The translations under genes and the position numbers were made by a program. Shown in pieces: positions 54,545 through 64,000 of a stretch of DNA of 64,000 nucleotides. Under the pieces are notes generated by a model that saw only the letters and a program-made list of their open reading frames with translations, was not told the origin of the DNA and made no database searches. The stretch covers positions 12,772,001-12,836,000 of the forward strand of contig NC_043024.1 of assembly GCF_006345805.1 (NCBI RefSeq). The letters are read 5' to 3'. The first letter of the stretch is position 1, and each line of letters begins with the position of its first letter. This stretch comes from Octopus sinensis. Its lineage: Eukaryota.

Positions 54545-54750
54545 TAGTTAACCCAAACATGAAAACACAAAGAGAAAACACAACAACGAGAGAACGTGGA
54601 ACAAGTATAGTATTATTGGCCGCTCAGGAAGGAAGGAGGGTTTAACGTTTCGAGCGGAGCTCTTCGTCAGAAACATAGGAAAAGGAAAGATCCAAAGAAG
54701 GGAAGACGGAGGAAAAAAATCGCCAATGGTACACACGCGGTTATATTTTG
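54545..54750 (-). mobile_element. Penelope-like terminal repeat (family P-b) with hammerhead motif at 54640-54674
   Basis: gttt CTGACGA A GAGC tcc GCTC GAAA CGT T aaac. Confidence 0.7.
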
Positions 54751-55512
54751 AATGTGATTTATATATATACATACATATCTATATATGCATACACACATAT
54801 ACACAAACGCATACATACTCATTCACACCCGTATACGCGTATATGTTGAGGGTGGCAGAGACACGAGAAACTGTCTCTGTCAGAACCGAAACAATTATTC
54901 TATATCTTTACAGCGTACTCTCGTTTTTATAGAGTAAAAAAAACCCCACAAAACAAAAGAGAAGAGATCAATGCTACTACAGACTTGTAGTTTGCATAAC
55001 TAGATAGAAAGACGCCATTAATGATGCCTGTTCGTGTATCGGGGTGGCTAGGGTAGCAACAGATAGATATTTGTTCTGGAAAAAAGACGGAAAGGAAATC
55101 TTAAAATGGTAAAAAGAAATTCTGAACTACAAAACTGAAAAAAAAAATGAAGAATTAATAAAAAAAAAAAAAGAAATAAGAAGCAAAAAAAATATGACTA
55201 ATTAATCAAAGTTGGCGAACTTTGGTAGATTGAGGAATATTTACAGAGGTTCGTTTCTTTTGAGGTTTATAAACGAGTTTGAGTTTTCGATCGAAACCTT
55301 CAGAATCGTGGCTGCAGGGAAAAAATGGTGAAAATATAGAAGACAAAACATGAGAAAGTAGAAAAAAGAAAAGAAGAAAGCAAAAATTAAAAGGAAATTC
55401 AGCTTGCAAGTATATGTGCGCATGCGTATTTGTTAAGTATTTATACAATGTATATACACAAATATACATACATATATAAAAAGAGATATATGTGTGTATG
55501 TATGTGTATGTG

Positions 55513-55550
<38 letters not shown>

Positions 55551-56329
55551 TATGTGTGTGTGTGCATATACAGGTCTTATTCTCTTAAGTATGTAGTCAT
55601 AGATTTAGAAATAAATGCATGTATACATGCATGAACACACACACACTCACACACACACACACAAGCAGACAGTACGGTGAACGCAAGAAACCTAAGATGA
55701 AGATAATTGTGTTCTTTCTTGTGATAGTGTACCTGAATTGCTTGTATCACTATGTGCCTAGTTAACGTGTATCTGTGGATAAATTGTGTGTGTGTGTGTG
55801 TGTGACAGAGAGAGAGAGCGAGAGAGAGAGAAAAGAATATGAGCAAATTTTAAAAAAAAATCAAGTACGACAGTTTTTTTAACCTTAAAATCAGGAAGAT
55901 TGAAGAAATTTTGGAAGCTGTGCAGAAAGTTTAAATTAAATTTAATCGTAGAATCTAAAATTTGATGAAATTCTGTGTGTCTGTCTCTTTCCTCCATCTC
56001 TCTCTAACTCTCTCTCTCTCTCTCTCTCTCTCTGTATATATGTGCATGGTATATATGTATATGTATACATATGTGTCAGTGTGTACTTGTCTGTAAATGA
56101 ATGTATATAAACCAGATTTAGTCTAAAGTCTTTGCGAAATTTTACTGATCATTTTTAGCAAATCGTGTCTCGAAGTTACATTATGAATTTGATTCGACAA
56201 TCTTTCTGAGTTGTTTCTTCTTTATTTTTCTTTGATAATGAGTGGGGAAAATAATTGCAGTTAATGCCAGGTTACGCTACCTGTGAAAAAAAAACGCAAC
56301 GGTAAGAGAAATTAATGATGTCGAAGGGC

Positions 56330-56670
56330 GAATGAATTTCATCGAACGTGCGATGCGTTTCAAGGAAGGTGATGTCATCATCCAAAATACCCCAAGATCA
56401 GGGAAACTTTATGTTGGAGAAGGTTAAACCTTGCTAGAAATGGTTGAATCACAGCCAATCAGAAACACTCGTGCATTCTCTGATGCTGAAAGTGCGTTCA
56501 AAGAGTTCATCAGCTCCAGAACTCCAGATTTTTATGTTACCGGAATAAACAGACTTGTAACTCGTTGGAAAAAATGTGTTGATTGTATATTGAAATATAT
56601 TGTGATGAATTTCATGTTGGAAAACCTTGCTTACTTTTCCTCAGCGTGATATTATTGCACAATACCTAAC
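56330..56670 (+). mobile_element. Internally deleted mariner remnant
   Basis: RFKEGDVIIQNTPRSGK (HTH linker) joined to EFISSRTPDFYVTGINRLVTRWKKCVDC (C-terminus), then TIR-like tattgcacaatacctaa. Confidence 0.75.
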
Positions 56671-57589
56671 TATATAGAGTAAAACTTTAGCCTGAATGTT
56701 GTTCATACTACTAGGAATCTATAACCATCACACATATACGCAACACCCCTACACACAAGCATACATACATACATACATACACACATGCCTATGGATGATG
56801 ATATGTGCGTACAGTGAAAGGATGAGAAGAGAAAGAAAGAAAAATTATCTTCTATATCGATATTTTAAAATTGTGCTTGCATATATATACATTCTTTCAG
56901 TTTTATATACTTACATTCGCGTACACATATGTGTATGTGCGCGTACATACTTACAAACATACATACATTCATGTATACACACGCATACATACGCACACAT
57001 CTATGCATATATACACACGGACGCATATACAGATTTGCATGTAGGTGTGCATCTAAGCATAAATGCACACACACACAGGCATACACTTATAAACGTATCC
57101 ACACTTTATTTTAATCTCCTGATACAAGAGATAACAATTACTCGTGACGCCAACTGCAGTAAATTAATTCGTTGTATGAAAAAATATTTCATATTTCTAT
57201 TGAGTCATTTTAGTGGAATATAATAAATTAATCAGAAAGTACAGGTCTAGCAAAAACGTCACCGCAATGTCAGGTTTATTTTTATCGTTCAACAGAATGA
57301 TGGTATTAATAATTCAAACTCACATCTCACCCATCAGTTCTCGATGGTTTATCTCTACCGAATATCGAATTTTATTCTTTTCAAATTTTTCAGTCTCTCT
57401 CGTTTTTTTCTTCTTGACAACAAACAATTATGCGAAACGTCTTTTATCTGTATTTCTTTGTCGGGCTTCCACGACTCAATTCGATTCAGTTTTCAGTTGT
57501 GTTCCATGATTTGTCTCCATAAATTTCTTTTCTTTTCTCCTCGTTTCTTTACACTCAGTTCCAAAATATGTAAACAAACAAGATTTTTG

Positions 57590-57822
57590 AAGGCGACGAG
57601 CTGGCAGAAACGTTAGCACGCCGGGCGAAATGCGTAGCCGTATTTCGTCTGCCGCTACGTTCTGAGTTCTAATTCCGCCGAGGTCGACTTTGCCTTTCAT
57701 CCTTTCGGGGTCGATTAAATAAGTACCAGTTACGCACTGGGGTCGCTGTAATCGACATGATCCGTTTGTCTGTCCTTGTTTGTCCCCTCTGTGTTTAACG
57801 CCTTGAGGGCAGTAAAGAAATA
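57590..57822 (+). mobile_element. Young full-length SINE B
   Basis: Complete head, body and tail. Confidence 0.92.
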
Positions 57823-59347
57823 ACAAAATATATAAACAGTAACATTCCATGAAAACTCAAAACTTCATGTTGCGTTTTATGCAGGATTCGGCAGAATTTT
57901 GGTCTAAGCACCGCACATTACACCTTATAACTTTTCATGTTTTGTAGTTTTCAGAAACTTTTTGCGAATTCACACGACTTTGACAAAAATATACTTAATT
58001 TTTCGAATTAAAAAAAAAGAGTTTTTAATTTTATGAATTTATCTTTTTAAATGACATTTTTTAAAATAGGGGCAGCACGAATTTTTTACTTAAATTCCAG
58101 AAATAGACAATTAAAGGTGTTTATGGGGAGGAAGATACTTGAGACTGACAAACAAACGAATTCCGCCCGGGGTTGCGATTGCAACGTATAGGTTGTGACA
58201 TCAGATCTGATCAAAGGGCTTTTACAAACTTCTGCCTCCTTTCATTTAGATTATATGTGAAAGTTACATACTTTAACTAATCTAAATGGCAGAAACTGGA
58301 AGGCTTTTATTCTGGGAAAATTAATAGTTCTCTGTCCTACCAAATGGACTATCACTATCTTTGATCATGTATACTTCTAATTACCGATGACAGATATGAG
58401 ATTGTTAATTCATGGAAGAGAGTGAAGTTCATCTCTAGGCTGTCTACTTTCCTGTATATATTTTGAGAAGTTCTGGTGAAAGGCCAGCCTACGTACGTAT
58501 TCTGTGACTTTTTAGTGACATGTTCAAGCCAATCCAATCTCAGTTAATTTCATCACAAATGGTGTATGCCATGTGAAGAATTTTTCTTAAGGAAATACTT
58601 TTCTACCCATCTTGCAACGAGAAAGTTAGTCTGGGCTGCAAATATCCTATTTTAAAGTTTCAGTCAGGGAATGTCTTCGGATTTTAGTGTTCATGTTTTT
58701 CAGTTGCGTACAGCAATTGGGAAAGTAAATGGGTTGTAAACTCCTGGTTCGAAGTGCCGGCTGATTTCGTCACCTACTCAATGGTCTCCCACACACTTTA
58801 GATAGGTATGAGACCCTTATTTTTTAAATCTGCTGATCCCTTTGGTGCTATACGACTTCTACTTCAGTTCTATACGCGTTCTACTTCGGCTGGAACTTTT
58901 CTTTGCTACGTAACATGATCTTGTAATTCGGTGTATCTATTTTCATGCTTTATCCGACAAGTGGGTATTTTCTATTTGTCAAAGATCGTGGATGTTAAGA
59001 TTTTATCAACAACATATATATTAGAGCTTTGGAGAAGGCATAAATAATTGCCAAAATTTTATCCAAGATGTTGAAACAAGACAAAGATGAAACAAACATT
59101 CAAGTAAGATATTGCAAAAGTGTATGACTTTACGAAAACCACACAAGGAGAAGCAGCTCTTTAATAATTCCTACAGCATACACCACACCATCAAAGGATA
59201 TTTCTCAAACAGTGCCTCACCCAAATCTTGTTGATGCAAATGAAATGCTAGGATGGTTGGCGCTCTTTGGTCCTTTTCTGTTTTCTGTCATCTACCAGGC
59301 TGTCTGTTTGCCTATCTATCTATATATATATATATATATATATATAT

Positions 59348-59525
59348 CGCCATGATAGATCGCAAGCCACTAAATATTTTTATATCTTCTACACCTGGTT
59401 ATTTCTGTGTTCCTCTGTCGAAGAGCATAGGCTCGAAACGTAAAAGACATTCTCACCTTCCTGAGCATGAAACTAATACATCTGTTTGTTGTTTACACAC
59501 CCGACTTCGTCTTTTATTTCTTTTA
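59348..59525 (+). mobile_element. Penelope-like terminal repeat (family P-a) with hammerhead-like motif at 59411-59446
   Basis: CTGTCGA A GAGC atag GCTC GAAA CGT A aaag; homologous to 8665-8815. Confidence 0.65.
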
Positions 59526-59538
59526 TAATTTCTCATTA

Positions 59539-59597
<59 letters not shown>

Positions 59598-59658
59598 CTG
59601 ACGATCTCTCTCTGTCCGTCTGTTTGTTTATCTCCCTGTCTATCTCTATCAATCTCTA

Positions 59659-59689
<31 letters not shown>

Positions 59690-60134
59690 ATATCTGTAAG
59701 CTTGGAAGGGTATATCATCATGGCCTAAACCGTATTATCTCTCAGTTAACTTCTAGTTATCAGTTAACTACAAGGATCAGTAATTAACGTCTGTGACTCT
59801 GTACGCTTCGTTGGACGGTAAAAATTGTCTGAGCATATATTACTGTTAATAATGAAGATTATGGAGACTTGTACATCCACAAATTTTATTTTATAGTTGA
59901 ATACAGCATATTATAATAACCTACGTGTTTCCGCTACAGCGACTACTAACTTCTGCAGATTAAAGCTTTCATTATTGTCAGTAAACCGACAATAAATCAA
60001 CAAGGAACGAAAGTTGAACATGCATTATGTAAGTACGTACACAATAGCAGAATGTATTTGTAACAGACAATGTAATAGAAACATAAATAGAAGATGCAGT
60101 AGAGAAACTATAGTCTAACACTGACATCTCATTT

Positions 60135-60690
60135 TACAGATATATTTACCAAAGTTACATAAAAGTATCATGAAATACTAAAGAGTAAATTATTCAATAG
60201 AATCGCCATTGGCTTCAACCACAGCCTTCAGGCGACTTCGGAATCTCCTGCAACTCTTCTGACGGTCTCCTTGTTTAAGTCGGTGTCTGCTGCCATTATC
60301 CTTGCCTTCAGTTCATCTTAGGTGTTACAAAGAGTTTTGTTGCTCTCTCGCTTAACTGCGCCCCACACGTAATAATCAAGGGGGTTGCAGTCTGGGGAGT
60401 TAGGTGGCCAGATGTTAAGGGTGATGTGGTCGCAGAAATTTTCTGAAAACCATGACTGGGCTCTCCTGCTTCTGTGACATGGTGCAGAGTCATGTTGCCA
60501 GATATAGGGTCTTCCAGCATCCACCCTCTTGACCTACGGCAACACTACCACCAGGCACTTGATGTAGTTCTACGTGTTTAGTCTGAGGCCGTGTGGGAAT
60601 ATGAATGGAGGCATAACGTGACCATCACTAGTGATTACTCGAAACACCATGATGTTGATTGGATATTTGATTTACATCATTCTTAGGATA
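60135..60690 (-). pseudogene. Tc1/mariner superfamily DD37D (maT-type) transposase 3' fragment
   Basis: QHDSAPCH...WPPNSPDCNPLDYYVW, with 37 residues between the second and third catalytic D. Confidence 0.88.
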
Positions 60691-61580
60691 TGTCAACAGA
60701 ATGACGCCCAAACACACTGAAATGTTTCTATTGGTTCTTCTGGCGCGAATGCCGAGCAGTACAGCGTATCATTCACTGATTTCTGGCAGAATTAATTGCG
60801 TCATGATGATGTGTTTCTCACAGACGGTGCCCAACTGATCCCACTATAATGTGTAATCGACAAAATCAAAAAGAAATAGAACGCGCGAAATAAAAATTTA
60901 TAAAATGTCGACGATTTACCCATCGCACGCTGTACATCTCTGGCGGAACAGTGAGTAAAATTGCTGCGAAGAAGACTACACCCAGCCATAGAGATACTGA
61001 CAAACACAGCCACATCGACACTATCGCTTCCTTCTCGTGCACACATACAGACACACAAGATAATATGATAAATAGAAAAAAAAAAACAAGAAAGAAAAGG
61101 AAAAAAGTAACACCACAAAATATATTTAAAAAAAACAGTATTAAGCATAAAAATAGAAACAAAGCATTAAAAAAGAAAAACGGAAGAATCGATTATGTCA
61201 GTGAGTGAGAAGAGATCAATGTTAGTATTGTTAATCGTCAAAGGTTGTTAGCAGAGTAGAGTATCCCGATAAGACGTTTGGCTGGCACATTCTTGGAGGC
61301 AACGATTTATCGACGGAACGTGATTATCTCGACAAATTCGCGCCATCGCAACTAGCATATTGATCAAATAGCCAACCATTCGGATAAGCAATTAATTGCA
61401 ATAACAGATGGCATGGAGCTGTTAGGGGCTGTCCCTATCGAAACCTAGCACTTTCTACAAGACTTGAACAGGAAAAAGGAATGGTGCTAATTGTTCACAA
61501 CACGATTCCGTTTCATCCTTGTGTGCCGTTGAAGCATCACGTCGTATTTTATATATACGCGTGTGAATATATATAAATGA

Positions 61581-61611
<31 letters not shown>

Positions 61612-61887
61612 ATATATATTATATATATATAAACACACACACAGCGCTTATATTTGTATGTATGTGCATACACATAGACATACATATATATCCATCCATA
61701 TATCAGTACAGATAGGCGCACACGCATACATTTACATATATCAGAAACTAATACACTTGGAGCGTGGAAGGTGTTTGTAAGCCATTTAAGAAAGACACAA
61801 AAATCGTTCTCAATCACTTGCTATGCAAGTACATCTCCGTAATACACTTGGTTTTTCATATATGGGCATACACAATATATATATATA

Positions 61888-62250
61888 TCTCTTATTATAA
61901 AAGGCAGATTTTATCTGCCTCCCTTTGGGAGTTATACAAATCTACAATATAGGATTTCTTCAATTACAATTTACCTTGCATTTTTAAGAGTACAATGCAT
62001 CGCGTCATGCCAGGTCCAGTTTTTAAAATTTAAACTCCAGTTAAGCAAAATTTACAGAAAACTCACATTCTGGTGTGTGTGTCAAATGCTTTTCTTAGTC
62101 TGGTTTACAGCACACGCAAACGCACACACACAGTGGGCAACGAATAAAATGAAAGTAATTGACTTACTGTAGTGAGTGATTCTTTCACTCTGCCTCCCAC
62201 TTCCTCTTTCCACACAGACACGCAAATATATAAATAAAATTGTAAGCTAA
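61888..62250 (+). mobile_element. 5' part of a non-autonomous Helitron-like element
   Basis: A|TC start with tcttattataaaag, similar to 63550; subterminal hairpin aggcaga-tttta-tctgcct; no 3' CTAG end found. Confidence 0.5.
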
Positions 62251-62403
62251 CGTGCGTGTGTGTGAGTGGGTGTGTGTGGGTGTGCGCGTGTGTGTGTGTG
62301 TGTGTGAGGGTGCGTGTGTGTGTGTGTGTGTGCGTGTGCGTGAGTGTGTGACAGGAAAGTTTTTTTACGACGAATATAACACCTATATCCAAGTAGCAGA
62401 AAG

Positions 62404-62775
62404 ATAAGACAGTAAGGTGTGATTTGAGGGAGATTTGGCTGCTATTTCTACCAGGTCTAGCTGCCATGTAGGGGTCTTCCTCATAGGCTCATACATACAT
62501 ATATACATAGATAAGACAGTAAGGTGTGATTTGGGGGAAATTTGGCTGCTATTTCTACCAGGTCTAGCTGCCATGTAGGGGTCTCCCTCATAGGCTCATA
62601 CATACATATATACATAGATAAGACAGTAAGGTGTGATTTGGGGGAAATTTGGCTGCTATTTCTACCAGGTCTAGCTACCATGTAGAGGTCCCCCTCATTG
62701 GCTCATATATATATACATACATAAGACAGTAAGGTGTGATTTGAGGGAGATTTTGCTGCTGTTTCTACCAGGTCT
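62404..62775. repeat. ~107-bp tandem repeat, about 3.5 copies
   Basis: Units start at 62404, 62511, 62618 and 62721 (ataagacagtaaggtgtgatttg...). Confidence 0.95.
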
Positions 62776-62842
62776 GTTAGGCCTTCTCATGTAAACTCAA
62801 GCTTTCTCATGCCTTCAACATATGACCAAAGCAGAGAATGTA

Positions 62843-63060
62843 TTCTTTTATTCTTCTGCTTTTTCCAGCCATTGGTCTGTGGCCATGCTGGGGCAATGCC
62901 TTGAAGAATTGTAGTTTAATGAATCAACTCCAGTTTTATTTTTGTAACCATTGTACTTATTCTATCTGTTTCCTTTGTCAAACCACTAGGTGACAGGGAT
63001 GTAAACAAACCAACAGTCGTTGTCAAGCAGTGGTGGAGGACAATCACAAGCACAGGCACG
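62843..63060 (-). mobile_element. Old SINE family A 3' half
   Basis: gtggccatgctggggcaatgcc...gtaaacaaaccaaca...tgtcaagcagtgg. Confidence 0.7.
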
Positions 63061-63132
63061 CACACACACACACATACATGCATACACACATACATACATA
63101 CATACATATATATATATGTGTGTATATATATA

Positions 63133-63455
63133 TTGCAGCGTGGAAGGTGTTTGTAAGCCATTTAAGAAACACACAAAAACCGTTACATTCACTTCAAAAT
63201 TTAAATTTAATTTGCCAAAATATTTTCGTCGCTTTCAGACCGCGACCTGTTCACTGACAAAAATATCGTCCTAACAGGTCGCGGTCTCAAAGCGACGAAA
63301 ATATTTTTACAAATTAAATTTAAATGTTGAAGTGAATCTAACGGTTTTTGTGTGTTTCTTAAATGGCTTATAAACACCTTCAACGCTGCAACTGTTTTCG
63401 TTCCAGCACACGATCTCAGATCAAGTCACTTGCTATGCAAGTACATCTCTGTAAC
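63133..63455. mobile_element. Penelope-like fold-back: 119-bp inverted arms, 21-nt loop, G3-C8 hammerhead motif on minus at 63211-63261
   Basis: 63133-63251 pairs with 63273-63391 (7 mismatches); a related partial copy lies at 61755-61850. Confidence 0.75.
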
Positions 63456-63549
63456 TATATATATATTTATATATATATATATGTATATTGGTAAAAACAG
63501 TAAGATAACAAAAGAAAAAAGAGACCTCAATATTATGTAAATAGAGGAA

Positions 63550-63942
63550 TCTTTATATATAAAAGTGAGGTTGTGTGTCTGTCTCCTACGATTTAGATTC
63601 CTAACTACTCCCACATTTTGCGGTGCAGTTTAACCAAAACCGGGTATCTTATAGTCGTGATTCATATCGAGACCGTCTGGGTATTAGCGCGCGTCTACGA
63701 TGAGTCTACGATTAAAAAAAATATACCATCAATTTTTTCCATTTTTAATCCATTTTTGACATATATAAGGGAAGTAACTCTCTAAAATTTATTATTAAAT
63801 CTCAGAACGTAAAAAGCTACAGTAACACCCCTCCCCCTTTGTGGTTAGCCATATTGAGATGGCTATTATACTTTACATCTCTAAAAATGCTTATATAATT
63901 ATTTCCCTTACAAACCCGAGCAACGCCGGGCGATACTGCTAG
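63550..63942 (+). mobile_element. Complete non-autonomous Helitron (~393 bp)
   Basis: 5' TC after A, 3' hairpin cccgagcaacgccggg 8 nt before CTAG, followed by T; no TSD. Confidence 0.88.
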
Positions 63943-64000
63943 TATATATATATATGCATTTGTGCTTGTGTGTGTGTGCGTTTGTGTTTGTATGTATTCA

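Noticed and set aside
56180-56295. Second recursive-site-like acceptor on minus (ttttttttttcacag|gtagcg)
   Set aside because: The regenerated donor GTAGCG is poor and the site abuts a mariner remnant.
62404-62775. CRISPR-like repeat/spacer appearance
   Set aside because: Whole units are duplicated with no unique spacers; eukaryotic context and no cas genes.

Overview
AT-rich, repeat-saturated, largely non-coding eukaryotic DNA. The dense (TA)n/(CA)n/(TATC)n microsatellites and the SINE families look like an octopus (coleoid cephalopod) genome; this is recognition from memory, not a database result. No intact protein-coding gene can be named, and almost all ORF-track entries are microsatellite artefacts. 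Supported content: about 30 tRNA-derived SINE copies in three families; R4/Dong-type RT and endonuclease fragments inserted in (AAT)n; a separate ~580-bp (AAT)n-flanked repeat (3 copies); an RTE 3' end; a decayed full-length mariner, a deleted mariner, a DD37D maT fragment and a probable piggyBac remnant; one complete non-autonomous Helitron; and several Penelope-like terminal-repeat fragments. Main observation: those fragments carry minimal type-I hammerhead-ribozyme motifs from at least four unrelated families, and their core 3:8 pair covaries (C-G, U-A, G-C). Two of them sit at the pivot of long fold-back hairpins. Other leads: a recursive-splice-site-like AG|GTGAGT with a 90-nt stop-containing exon (minus strand, ~44.1 kb), twin hairpins at ~9.6 kb, an RFX X-box-like cluster at ~29.4 kb, and weak candidate exons of an unidentified large-intron gene. 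Coordinates were counted by hand, and boundaries of degenerate repeats are approximate.
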